Shown here: piece by piece, positions 13,401 to 26,726 of the stretch
Layout of the letters: every line of letters begins with the position of its first letter
How positions within the stretch are numbered: position 1 is the stretch's first letter
Origin: Magallana gigas
Taxonomy: Eukaryota
Assembly: GCF_963853765.1 (NCBI RefSeq)
Contig: NC_088859.1
Coordinates: 51,522,001-51,586,000, forward strand
Direction: 5' to 3'
DNA length: 64,000 nucleotides
Notes under the pieces: generated by a model
What the model was told of the DNA's origin: nothing
The model's input: the letters and a program-made list of their open reading frames with translations, nothing else
Databases searched by the model: none
Program-made: the position numbers and the translations under genes

Positions 13401-15421
13401 CCAAACGACCCAGCGCGTGTCTGCTCATTGTAGCAGCATCAAACTTGGTGGAGCCCAAGCAGTGGCTAATTTCTCGGGCTTTGGACGCTGGAAACCGAAT
13501 TTCAACGATACCAGTTTCTGTTTGTATAACGCTTGACTTTGGACTTATGGGAACGATCCCGAGTTCTTCAGCGAGAGGATGTGGCCCCCACCCATGTTCT
13601 GGGACTTCGGGAAATCCTTTAAAGTCTTTGACTGGCACTCCACAGTGGATTAAATATGATAACATGAGATTAAATGGACTGTCTTTAGAATTATCAGTTC
13701 CGTATACGTCCAGCCTGAATCGACCAATGAAAGGAAAGCTTACACCAAATTGTAACGTGGTTTTTGATTTGCTCATCATCACGTATTTGTCAAGGTCACT
13801 GGTATCAGTATTTTCCTCTACGTCTAACTCTGTAACTGAGTACTTGAAATCAAGATTTGATGACTTGTCTCTCGGTAAATCAAAGCTAATCTTACAGGGT
13901 CTTCCATCCGGCCGCAGGATACAGTTGTCGGTGTCGGAAAATCCTTTACTGATGCTGAGACCAAGATGGTGGTAGTGTTCCCGGAAGTACGGTTGCTCCT
14001 GGAATCGTTCCTCTGTGATAGGATTGGCCAAGAGTTGCCATTGCTCCTCGTCCGGAAAATGAGTAAATATGAACTTTTCTGGGTCACACAGGTAAAAGAA
14101 CTCGTTGACCGGGCGGGGTTCTCCCTCCGTGTCCCCCATCTCGGTCGACAGAGTTATCTGCCCGTTTTCATCCACGGTGATTTGGTCCCGGTACTGGGCG
14201 TAGGGGATGGAGGTGTGGGCCCAGAACGGGTCGATCAGGCGCCACTCCCCGTTCACGTATACCGCGTTCCATTTTGACGCTAGTACTTCTTTCCTGATCT
14301 GATCACCCACCTCATAGAAGCCGTGCTTAGAAACGCCATTGATCACGACACACGGAATGTTAGCAGACCTTGTAAAAATAAAAACTCTCATTTACTCTAA
14401 ATTCTACATTAAGATTTGTGAGAATATTTTATAATTAAACAAGTTATGAAATGCTAATTTATCAATCATTTTCTACTCACACACATAAGACATAGAGTAG
14501 ATTGGCATGATCACCGAAGTCCGATTGTATTTTTATTAGGTACTCTAAAGGGCTATTTTCTGGAGGAAGAATTTGGGATATGATGCTCTCTTCGTCAAAT
14601 GACGTCATCCATCTAAATATAGCACGGATTCGAAACAGGTCGTCAATGACTTTAAAGCTTTTGGATACCACCAGGTGATCCGCGATGTCCCAGAAATTCT
14701 CTAATAGAAGCTCTGGTGGTGCCTACAAAACGTATTAAGTGGTTTGTAACGTATTATTGCATTATCATAGAGAATATTGATAGTATGTAGACAAACGGTA
14801 GGTTGAGCGTCAGTGCTGAGTTTTACCTTGAGAGCCGTTTGATCTATAGAAGCAAAGTCCACTCGCTTGAGGAGTTCCTCCTTGGTTATTTTTGGAGGGA
14901 CCACGGGGATATCCGCTCCCTCCCCGAACGTCCCTGAGGCCTGGTCAAGTACGTCATCAGCCTGATAAAACAACATAAACATCAGCAATGTAAACAATGA
15001 ACAAAAGCATTCATCCTTGTATCGAATGCTTATAACTAGCAACTTGGAGCGTGTGAATTTTATCTATCTATTTATTCATATATATATATTAATTTTCATT
15101 TATTTATTTATTTGTTCATTTATGTCTTGGAAGTCATGGATCATGTTTTCAGCCGCTGTTTCAAATATTAAGAAAACGTTTTGAATATTGTAAAAAAAAA
15201 AAGAAAGAAAGAATATCAATCTGATCTTCAGTGTCTTTCAAATTTCAAAACACCGTTTAAAGGAATTTCAGTACATGAGACATATTTTATTATACTTAGG
15301 ACATGGCAATGACTTTTAATATGCTATACGTATTCACAATCTTCGAATAATTTAAAGAAAAAGGCTAAAACTGTTGTTTACGTACCGCGAACACCCTGGG
15401 TCCCTGAGCCTGGTTCCCCAT
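10464..15421 (-). CDS. KY/hillarin-like transglutaminase-like protein with C-terminal dynein-MTBD-like domain, paralog B (~1247 aa)
   Basis: Exons 15386-15421 (MGNQAQGPRVFA), 14827-14961, 14481-14722, 11814-14368, 11514-11681, 11111-11376, 10809-10994, 10464-10619. GT-AG, total 3744 nt, ending in TAG. Motifs: RAIFRWMT, DFGDHANLLYVLC, SKWNAVYVNGEWRLIDPFWA, EIKQYANPPEGVHECIMATLVLLG, DVSKGAAAFYMW. Confidence 0.9.
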
Positions 15422-16965
15422 AGTCTCACTTCAATATAAACAGACTCTTAGGTGTTCCTCTCAGCATCTATCCCACAATGCAGTGCTATCCGCGGGTTTC
15501 CAAGACTGCCGGAGACAATTCTGACGTGACCTATGGGTCCGCTTTATCCCTCTTAATCGTCCTACAGTTAGTTATTGTCCCTATACTGGACAGCAGAGGG
15601 GAGCGAAATGTTTTTGTTGAAGATTACTTTTTTACTTATCCCTCTACATACTTGGAGCTAACGTCCGACACAATGATAAGACGAAGGGCTGAATTTAAAT
15701 AGCTCTCAATTCAAATTAAATTTGTGTTTTTATTTCTACTTTGCGCTTAGCCTTATTATTTGCAAGTGGATGTTTGCTTAAATATTTATGAAGTTAAAGC
15801 AGAGAAATAAGAAAAATGTGTCAAGAGAATATTGTACTATATTTACACCCATTAAGTGTTGTTCTCCACTATTTCTTAAGAATTAAAAAGTGACATGAGT
15901 GCATGAATTCTACACAATCTAGTTTTAACCAGTTTGAAATATACACTTTCAATTGCATTGTTTTACTATTTAAATGTCAATTTTGTTTCAAATACCTATC
16001 ATGGGTTATTATAACATCATTCATTAACAATTCTTTCTTTGTTATTGAATACAATCTGTGAATGTAACATAAATGTATTTTTTTAATTATGTTTATTGTT
16101 TCATATCTGAATAATAATGGATATAGAAATGGTGTAAGTTCAAGTTCATTTATTTCACTTGAATCATAAATTATGTTGCACGAGGTACAGAGAAAATAAT
16201 TACAAAAGGATATAAAATGTAAGGTGCTGTGGTAAAGCAATGTACTATTTGTAAAGTAAAGCAGGATTAAAAAATACAAAATGTACATTCCTAAGTGTTA
16301 AGGTAGGAGAACCGACCAGCTAAAAAAAATTGCTTATTAGTTTACATATATTTTGTATATATACATGTATGGTACATGTATTACTGATATAATTTATAGT
16401 TAATATTTTGATGTAGGTGAAATGAGACTATCTCAGTATGTCTTATAGTCATATTGTAAATTTACAAAGGGTCTCCAAATAAGCACATTTTTGTACAAAT
16501 CAGAAAAACCAATAGTAGGTACAAAACAACATAAGTGAAAATCATATAATTTTTTAATAAAATTAATGCAAAATATCGATACAATTGTAACTGTACTTCA
16601 TACAAGCGACTTATTATTCTGTAATAGCAATGATTATTTTTTTTCTGTGGAGATGATATACAGTATATCATTTACGACGAAGAATTAAAGATGGGCAGGC
16701 TTAAACTGTTTGATTAATTTTGTTCAATACAGTTTGGTTAAGCTACATGAGTACACTTGATCACAATTTCTCAAACAAATTAAGATATTCATCTTTATCA
16801 TCGATTGAGGTTTCCTGGGTACATTAAATCGTAATACGGTTCGAATACGTTATAATACCCCCCCCCCCCCCCCCTCGCCCGCAAAAACAATTAATCCTCG
16901 CACCCCACCCCGGAAAAATCCAGATCCGCGCTTTCATGACGTCATCTCTCAGTGTAAGTATTCTT

Positions 16966-19900
16966 CTAGCGTTTGCCGCTGGGAGGCGCCATACTGGAGG
17001 ATCTAGGCCCGATGTTCCGCGCGGACGTTTTCCCGCTCTTCCGCAGTGAGTTTCTGTAAGACTCCGCTTGTTGAACCATATTGTTAGCCTAAAATATTTC
17101 AAAAGACTTGTGTGTCATACTTGTAACCACTGTTTGAAAGAAAGATAACTCTGAATATTTAAATGACATTGTGGTAAAAAAGCCCATTGAAGATTAATAA
17201 AACGTTCATCTTTGCATGAACTCAAAGATCATTGCTTATACATGTGTAATTGTCTAACGCATTTTTATGTACATAATACTACAGTACGTTACGTTTTTGC
17301 GAATGAAATTATTTCACGAATGTCCTGGGTACATTATTTCACGACTGTGAATTTAAAATATAACAATGTCATATTAGAGATGAAATATGACACGTCATAG
17401 TTCATTTAAACAATAACGCGGGTTATGTAAAAATAATTTCTGCAATGATCGCTACCTTCATAACCCGCATGACTCATCAAAAAAAGCATTTTATTGTTTA
17501 TATTAACATCTGTCTTTTAGCTAATTAATAAATTATTTATGAAACGTAATTAAAATTCACTAAATTACTGTTTATGTACATACACGTTAGCTAAAAGAAA
17601 CAGCGAAATCGTCTCCTGAGAGACTCTGAGCCTGACATCATCATGATTATTTCGTGCAGTCAGTGATATTTCGTAGGTCGCTGTAGGTTTTTATCAATCG
17701 ATAAACGGGGCGTGTCAATTTCAGACCTGACAATTTCTTCTCAGTTTCAGCGCTGACCAATTGATAAACGGGGCGTGTAGATTTCAGTCTGGCTGTTTCA
17801 TAATAAGCTATGAATTAACTATACGTTTTCGTAAGAAATAGAGGGAATAATATTTGGTAGATGTAAATATAACCTAAAAGAAACAGCCAGGATGACAGGA
17901 CAGATATCGACACGCCCTGTTTATCGATTGGTCTAAACTTACAGCGACCTACGAAATATCACGGACTGCACGAAATAATCATGATGGTGTCACACTCAAA
18001 GTCTCATAGGAGACGATTTGGCTTTTTTTTAGCTAACGTACATACGTACATTAAGTGTATTTTAGTGGATTTTACTTACTTTTCATAATCAGAATGTCAA
18101 TTAGAGAGATGTTAATATAAACAATAAAATGCTTTCTTTGATGATTCATTCGGGTTATGAAGGTAGCGATCATTGCAGTCAGAAACTTTTTTAGACAAAT
18201 TTGGACAACCTGCAAACGCGGGTTATGTTTTTTTTCTGCAATGTCGCTACGTTCATATCCCAAATGAACCACCAAAGAAAGCATTTTATTGTTTAAATAA
18301 AACAACAAGAATGAAAATCATAACAATGTATCACCACTTACCCAAGTAAAAAATGCTGCCGCTCCCTTGCTGACATCACGAATTTGCAGATACCTAAAAG
18401 GACTCAAGATTTTCTGCGCAGCTGCAACAATGGTAGGATTGGTGTCTTTGGGATCAAATGCCGCAACACGTCGTAGAATGTTCTGTTTTCCAGTTTTAAA
18501 CAACAAAGCATGACATTTTTTCCAATCCTGTTTAAACATAAATAATCAAAATTATTTGAACGTGCTCGTCAATACAATATCGACAGTTAATTATTCTAGA
18601 GAACTGAATTGGATATTGGGTAATGAATCGGTCACCTTGACAACTGTAGCCCCCTCCCCCAGGAGTAGGAAGGTTGCTCCCAGGGTCTGGTGTACCCCGT
18701 TGGGAGGCTGGGTGTACTTCTTCATCTCTGTGACGGCGTTCTGGTTCATGTCGATGACCGTGGTCTCTATCTTCTTCATCCGGATGTACCTCTCCAGCAG
18801 ACGGTTAGCCAGCAGGATCTGTACCGTCAGCGCCATGTTGTAGTTATACTTGTGGGCACGGTTGATCGCCTCCCGTAGGATATCCGGGTCTTTTGATAAC
18901 GTGGCATTTATCAAATCTGGATAGTTTATCAGTAAGGGTTTTATGAATTGTCATAAAAAACTAATATTTTCATTAAAAAAAAATCACGCAATACTCTTTA
19001 TATATGATAAGAGAAGCTCTTAAAAAACATACACGTAAAATAGAGCCAGATATATCTAGCCTCATTAATGTTTAAGCTTACTGTCTTTGGCTTTCAGCTG
19101 GTTAATGATCCGCCGAGCTTCCTTTAGTAGTTCATCACTCTTTGGAGGCTGTGTTGCTTTGTATTCTCCAAATATGCGCACCAGTTCCTTCAATTTTCTG
19201 TTTCGTATCGCTCTGTTTAACTTACGGACAATCGTACGTCGACGTGCTGTAATCAATTGAAAATATGGTTACATGTATGACTGTTTTGAAGAATCCGAAT
19301 TTACATCATTTATTTGTTTCTATAGGCATAATATAAAATCATAACTGACCAGCACGGTATTTATCTTTGGTATCTTTGTCCATGTTCTTTTCGTCAATGT
19401 CGGGCTTAACTTCGGCCTCAGATTCCATGGTAAGGCGCTCGTCTTCATCATCGCTGTAATCGTCGTCGTTATCATTGTCCACCTGGTCCTCGGCGATGAC
19501 ATGCGCTGCCACTTTCCCGAACGCGGACACGCTTACGCTGTCGTTCCGCGTGGAGTCCTCTCTGTCGCTTTCCTGGACCGTGAAGATGCTCTCTGAGTCT
19601 ACGTCCCCGAGGCTTCTCCCGTCTGAGGAACTAAAGACATCGTCACTTTCCTTCTCTTGGTTGTCGTCTGATTTGGTTGAAATTGAGTCCCTATTCTGCG
19701 TGCCTTCTTTAACAACTACACTGGTAACAGTACCTGCGGCAATTTGGTTTTCAGCTGGAATGCTATCGGCTGAATGACGACCTTCATTTTCCTCTTGTGT
19801 ACTTTTTGGGCGATCATTGCGATTTTCGTCAGTGCTGACATTCTTATATTTTGAACTTTCTTCTTTAAGCTTAGTTGTGGTATGGATAAAAACTACAGTA

Positions 19901-22900
19901 TTAATTTCTGACTCTTCTCGTTTTTCATTGTCGTTTGTATTTATTTTGTCCTCTTCAGCATCACTGCTTGATTCTTTATCATCTTTCTGAGTATGAGAAG
20001 GTGTCTCAACTTCACTATCACCTCTCTTCCTGATTTCACTTTGGCGATCACTTTCTTCGTCGTCTCCTAACACTTTGCTTTGATCTACATCATCGTTTTG
20101 TTGCTGCTCTTCATCATTCTCGTCTATCGCTTCCTCTGCTTGTTGCTGCTCCTCAATATTCTCCTCTATCTCTTCCTCTATTTCTGCTTGAGGTTTCAGA
20201 GATTCTATCAAGGCGTCGATATCATCAGTATAGGAGTCGATAGAAGGCCGGCGGCAGATAGCAAACCTCGCTACAGTGTCCAACACGTTTGATTTATCCT
20301 GAGCCCACACATCCATCACGTACTCACCATCCTCTTTTAAGGTGATGTCGAACGTGTCGGAGTTGACCGCCACGGAGGGTCGCGTACCGTTTTCTCCGTC
20401 TCTGCCGTCGCGGCGACTTATACGTGTGAAGACTTTTTCTGTCACGTCTACACGCGGGATTGGGATTGTGATGGTTTCCTCTGATGTCCTAATAGTTGCT
20501 GTAATAATGTCGTCCTCCTCCTTTGTATCCTCTGCAAACTTCACGCGCTTAACATCACTGACAATGGAAGTTATCATGTAACTTTGAATCTCATAGACAT
20601 TGTTACTGTCCTCGTCTATGGCCGCTAGGACATTCATAGAGTAGTCGCCCGGAACGGGAAGTGTTAAGTCAAATACCCAATGGTTGTCCACATGGGTGCT
20701 CTCTATCTTACCTCTTGCTTGGGCGTCTTTGTTACTTGAAGACAAGTCACACATTAGGACCAATCCCTCGGAGTGTGTTTCAAACTCAACTCGTGCTTTC
20801 CCGCCCCAAGCTTTGACCATTCCGTTTTGATAACTTATGACGTCAATACCAAACTTTTCTGCGTAGGGCTTTGTTCCTACGTTGCCACCAGCAACATTAG
20901 GGAAAGGTTCGTTTATCTTTTCGCCTCCATCGAAATAGAGGAGTAAGTTTATGATGTCCTTTGGAATATAATTCTCTATTTTGTTTCCCCCGTCGTCGGC
21001 GAATATTTTCAATGCATATTCTCCTTCTTTTGGTAATCGAACTTTCACTATATACTTCTCTTTATCTCTTCGCGACAAAATGTACTTGCTTAATAATGCT
21101 TCATTGATTAGCACATTTTTCAAAGAACTAGACAGAAAAGGAATATCTTGTACCTCGAATATAAATTCAATTTCTCCGGTTTTCGTGGTGATTCGTCCAC
21201 AAAGGTTTTCTTTATTTCTTAAACGTATCCCAGCATCCTCTGCGTGAGGTGTTACACCCCACCCTAGGTCGGGGCAATCAGGAAAAGGCAGAATAGAGTC
21301 GCTTTTCCCATCGCACTGAATCAAGTAGGTACAAAGAAGTTTGTAGGATTTGGAATGTTGCACATCAACCGAAAAAATATCAAACTGGAACATTCCAGTG
21401 ACCGGTAGTCTGATTATGAATTTGACTTGTTCCTCTGTGTGCTCAAAGAAAACAAAGCGTTCGAGAAGTAAATCTACAGGCTTTTCCTCGCCATTTATCA
21501 CTTCCATTTTCATCTGACTAAGGTTGTAGGCGAACTTGTAGAATCTTCCTTCTGACATTGGTAACGTAAACACAATATTGACCGGATCCCCATCTGTGTA
21601 GAGAATACAGTTTTTACAGTTATTTCCAATCTCCATGTCCAGTATGTGGAGCTGTTCTCTAACATAAGCCCTCTCTTGAAATTCCTTCTCTGTAATCGTA
21701 GACTTCACCAGCTGCCATGCAGGCTCGTCCGGAAGATGGGTCCACAACAACTGTTCCGGATCGACCAGGAAATAGAAGTCATTGAATGGCACGGGGCCCT
21801 CGCCGTCCTCCATCACTCGCTTTAGACGGTTCTTCTTTGTGAGTTCCACTCTGTCTATTGAGTTCCTCTCATCAACACACACGGATGCCCAGAAACAGTC
21901 CACAATTCTCCACTCTCCTTCCACATACACGGCGTTCCACTGAGAGGCCATACTCGTTCTATCCACTTCTCCACCAAGCTCGTACATGGCGCTCTTCGTC
22001 ATCCCGTTGATGATAACACATGGTATGTCCGCTAGTCTATAACAGAAAGGGGAAAATTAATTATCTAACATTCGTTTGATTAATGCATAACAACACTAAT
22101 AAAATACCAAACGCGTTCTGTAAATTATTAATTAATGTTACATCAAATAAAGTTAACTGTTTCGTGTTTAGGTATAAAAATCACATGTGCTTGTTTCATA
22201 TAGCTAGTACGCTCAATCAGCAAATACAATAACATTCTTAATGTTTGTAGTAAATTAATTAAAATGGACATGGGCATCTTAATTTGCTAAATAGTTCTGT
22301 ATTAACTTAGCAGAATGGGAGAGAAATATGGAAGAGGAATACTCAACGCACGAGCACATGGTGTAGAAGAGGTGGGCGTGGTCGCCGATCTCGCACTGAA
22401 TCTTCAGGAAGTATTCCAGCGGGGATCCGTCGGGCGGTAGTACGTCGGTGTCGATGTTCATTATGTCATACGACACTATCCAGCGGAAGATGGCGCGAAC
22501 TTTGAACAGATCATTGACGACCTGTCCGTCCGGCGTCACAATCATGTACTCCACTACATCCCAGAAATCCTCCACCAGAAGGTCGGCGGGAACCTAGGGT
22601 GTGTACAGACACAGATAATCTACATGTAGGTATCATAAGCAGTGGAGATCACATACACAGGTAATGAAGGTATCATAAGCAGTGTGGACCAAACACACAG
22701 GTAATGTAGGTATCATAAGCAGTGGTGACCACATACACAGGTAATATAGGTATCATAAGCAGCGTGGACCACACACAGATGATGTAGGTATCATAAGCAG
22801 TGTTAACCACTGTGACAGACACAGATAATATAGAAATAATAAGCTGTGTTCCAGCAATAGACATGCAATGCATATTTTTGCAAGCAGTAAACAGACAATA

Positions 22901-23352
22901 TATACAGGTTTGTAAGATTTAAAACATTATTGTTTATGGTTCAAATATTTGTTAATTTTTTAACAACTAGCGGCATTTCTCTCAATAACCCACCTGCAGC
23001 GCAATATCATCGATAAACTTTAGGTCGACGTCCTTAAGGAGTTCTTTTTTTGAAGTAAGAGGCGGATGTGGACTGGGCTTCCCTTTCTTACCCACAGTTC
23101 CACGGTGGATTGGCGCGGCTTTCTTTGAATTCTGTGTTTAAAATAATTAGATTTATTTTAGCAAATTTCAAAAGTGTTTATAATTGTTACAGAAATAGCA
23201 AAATATCAAATAGTCCATGTGTTGTTAACGTAAAACAATATATATCCAGCTACTCATGAACAAAATGTAAATGAACCCTTAACAGTAATTCTTACCTTAT
23301 CCTGACTTGCTGATGTGTCAACAGATGGCGCTTTAGATGCCCCTGACCCCAT
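16966..23352 (-). CDS. KY/hillarin-like transglutaminase-like protein with C-terminal dynein-MTBD-like domain, paralog C (~1292 aa)
   Basis: Exons 23296-23352 (MGSGASKAPSVDTSASQDK), 22994-23131, 22352-22593, 19350-22036, 19082-19246, 18636-18916, 18342-18527, 16966-17088. GT-AG, total 3879 nt, ending in TAG. Motifs: RAIFRWIV, EIGDHAHLFYTMC, SQWNAVYVEGEWRIVDCFWA, EMKKYTQPPNGVHQTLGATFLLLGE, DWKK, DVSKGAAAFFTW. Confidence 0.9.
17405..18300. mobile_element. ~900-bp non-autonomous element with ~300-bp inverted arms and a terminal hairpin, in the last intron of paralog C
   Basis: 17410-17720 is the reverse complement of ~17900-18185. 18120-18300 folds back on itself (aaacaataaaatgctttctttg...caaagaaagcattttattgttt). 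Confidence 0.8.
22612..22830. repeat. Intronic minisatellite, ~39-40-bp unit x5
   Basis: Core aggtatcataagcag recurs at ~22628, 22668, 22708, 22748 and 22786 with related intervening sequence, in the gene C intron 22594-22993. Confidence 0.9.
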
Positions 23353-24259
23353 TATTGTCCCTCGTCATCACACAGCAACACAGAAGCGGTTCTTGACTGA
23401 CAATTCCAGTGTTTTCTGTTTCTCTGTTATGTGTGTAAAACTTGACCGTTTGACCTACATTTAACATTTTCATAATCCCTTATTATTCGATTACTGGGTC
23501 GCGAATCAAAAGGATTAGAATTATTAAATAGGTGTCGATTTCAGAGTGTAATCCGCAATGATTTAGCTGCCCTCGTCTAGTCAGTATGTAAAGGTATGTA
23601 AGGCAAAACTGTCCCCTTTGTCAGATATTGGATTGTTAACCAGGGTATGTTTATTGTGTTTTGATGTCATAAATATGTCAATCCACATTAATTTAAAGTT
23701 TTCTTAATGGCTTCGCACCATTGGTTATTAAAATTCCTCAATACATTAAAAAGTTTTGCTGAAAATTTTGAATTCTGGAAATTAATTTACCCCAGGGGGG
23801 AATCATTTTAACTTTAACATTAACTGTTAAGAGGTATCTTCCAAGTTCCCCATATACCATAAAGTTGAGGTGTTGAGGATCTCAAGTTCAATAATCAAAA
23901 GAGTTGCTTTTACAAAATATAACATCTAGGTATTTAAAGTTCTTAACATTTTCTTATTGGGAACCTTAAAAAGTAAAACAGTTGGTTTGATTACCTCTAC
24001 CAAATATTACAACTTTAGTTTTTTTACTAATAACCCTAAGACACTCTTTACAATATCTTTCCAATATCTTTACAATATCTAGAAAAAAAAGCATTGAGTA
24101 AGTGTTGAAAATCTTCTGGATTGTTTGACAATAAGGTGGTATCATCTGCATCTGCATACAATAAGACAAAAAGATATAAACAAAGATTAAGATTTTTCCT
24201 TATGTTCTCAGACAGGCGTGGCAAACCTCTGACATTGTTTATATACAGATACTCCTTAA

Positions 24260-24750
24260 AGGGGCATGGTCACGATTCTGGTCAAAGATTAATTTTCTGA
24301 TTTTAATATTTACAATGCTTCAGAAAGGCATTTTTGTAATAGGCAACCGAAATTTGAGTGTCGTTTGTTAAGTTATAAGCGAGTTACAGAGCTTGAAATT
24401 CTTCGCTATGTAAACAAAGCGTTTGTTTATATTTTGAACGTTGGAGTAAAAAGTTCAGTTTTAAACCTAAAACGAATGTGTTGAACGTTAAGAACTGTTT
24501 ATCTATGCTTAAAATAAATAAAAAGAAAAATAAGCTAAAAATATTTTTACTGGTGTATTGAACTTAGTATGTGAACAAAAACAGGGCACGAGCCTTGTTT
24601 ATATGACAAAGAATTGTGAGCCGTGTATCTTGCTTATAACTCTACGAATGACTCTCAAGTTTTATTTGGACATTAAAAATTCATTTCTAAAGCATTGTAA
24701 ATAATAAAAACATAAAAATAAAATTTGACCAAAATCGTGACCATGCCCCT
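24260..24750. mobile_element. MITE with 27-bp TIRs, TTAA-flanked (Kolobok-like, inference)
   Basis: TIRs aggggcatggtcacgattctggtcaaa / tttgaccaaaatcgtgaccatgcccct. ttaa on the left, tcac on the right. A second partial copy at ~54245-54522 ends cccct-ttaa. Confidence 0.75.
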
Positions 24751-25424
24751 TCACGATCATTCAAATATAAATTTTCCCCTTGTCTTACTCCTACTGTACA
24801 TTCGAAAAATTCAGAACTTAATCCATTGACCAAAACTTTAGACGTAATACCTTTGTACATATAAGTGATAACTTTAAAACATTTTCAATCAATATTCTTC
24901 GATATTACCTTGTGCCAATATGCCGAACAGAGTCAAATGCTTTCTCACAATCTATAAAAGCACAATATAATTTCATCTTATGCAATTTGAAGAGTTCGAT
25001 AAGAGAATACAATAAAAAATATGATCTATAGTACTATGTCCTCTACGAAAACCTGATTGGTTCTCTAAAAGGAGTTGGACATTATCAGCATATTTGTTTA
25101 ACCTTTCATTAATGATAGCAGTGAATAATTTTCTAAAACAACTCAGAAGAGTAATTGTTCTTTAATTTTGGGGTTCTGTACTATCCCCTTTATTCTTATA
25201 AACAGGTATAATGTTACCACTAACCCATTGTGGGTATCACACCAGATTCAAATATTTAAATATTTCTTCACGAGTTATTGATTGATTATAATGAGAAGAA
25301 GTAGAATGAAAACTAACTACTAAACTGTGATATCTGGTCAGGAAAATTCTTGATGTGTCCATGCAGGTGCCTTGCTCGTTGTCTTAATTTTACTTAAATG
25401 AAAGACATATGATAAAAAAAAAAT

Positions 25425-25488
25425 CATATTGTACACTTTACATATACTAGTTTCTATCATATTGTACACTTTACATATACTAGTTTCT
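25425..25488. repeat. Local tandem duplication, ~33 bp x2
   Basis: atcatattgtacactttacatatactagtttct occurs twice consecutively. Confidence 0.85.
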
Positions 25489-26726
25489 TGATAGTGCATG
25501 TTCTGTATAGTCCTTTTGCGACGTGTTATTGGCCTTGCTTATCCCATATTGATAATTCTGTAATCGAGTGTCATTTCTAGTATATAAAAAAGTTCAGAAT
25601 AAAATCTTGGAATTCGCCAACAATAAATTTAATAAAAACTCAAGCAGGTACGCGCGTTACTTTACTCCGTTGAAATTAATATGAAATAAAAAAAACCATA
25701 ATTAAATCAGGAGACGAAGTTTTAAATTAGTATATTTGTTGTTTACTGTTCCATTATGAGATTTTTACATGCATTGCCTTTTAAACCAAAATTTTAATTT
25801 TTCTAAAAGAGGCCGATTAGAGAGGACTCACATTTTCTCTTTTTAAATTACAAAATTTGAGAAGAATGTTTGACTGTTCATCCATATATATAAGTTTTAT
25901 CTGAGGTGTAGAGAACTCTACTAAAGAAGAATTAAAGTATATAAAGCTAGGTCCACAAGGAGTACATCATTAATGGGGTACTTGGATGAACAGAGTACAT
26001 GTAAAGACGACCAGGCACATGTAGTCCTGACAGCTAGGGAGTATTAAAGCAATCGTGTTGCCATCGCTTTCACAGGTCAATGATCACTTCAACTATATCA
26101 AAGCCTAAGCATGGTGCTGCTATTGTTTGGCATGTTTAGACTTTGCATATTAAAAGTGGGACTTCATACAGACTATTTAATTAGTAATGGTATGATACAT
26201 GTAAGTCGACATCATGTTGTGTCTTTGTCATTTTTTAAGGATTAAATTTTTCTTCGTTGTGTTTACAAACTCTAAATAGCGGGAAAATTGTCAAAAGATT
26301 TAATTTGTATTAATCAACGAACAATTATTAAAAAAAATATTTGAATTTGCTGAATTGCGACCGTTTAATTACTTGCTTACTTTGATGAATAACGTTTATT
26401 TAAAGACAAGCATAAAAGCATAGGATAATATTTTTTGTATCATAAGTACTGATACAATATATACAAGATAACCATTTGAACTGGTTTATCATCTTCCAAA
26501 ATGTGCAGATGCTAGCCTGTGACATATATTCACGAGAACAAATTACTTTTATATACCATTCAAAAATAATTTACATGACATACATGTATGTGCAGGAATA
26601 CAAAATATTTTCATCCTATCTTTATATACATGTACATGTATATTGTAAATGTCTTTATATCTTTGTCTTTTATATCTTCGCGCATTCAGTTCGCAATTGA
26701 TTTTAGTGCTATTTGGATTTGTTTGG

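Noticed and set aside
16824-17102. 92-aa ORF as a separate gene
   Set aside because: Wrong-frame reading over the terminal exon of paralog C (16966-17088).
2577-21247. Numerous plus-strand and alternate-frame ORFs overlapping the large KY-like exons (e.g. 3810-4112, 13397-13975, 19475-19777)
   Set aside because: Shadow ORFs of GC-richer coding exons, with no recognisable motifs or splice support.
22612-22830. CRISPR-like array (constant core with variable gaps)
   Set aside because: The intervening sequences are variants of each other, the context is a eukaryotic intron, and there are no cas genes. It is a minisatellite.
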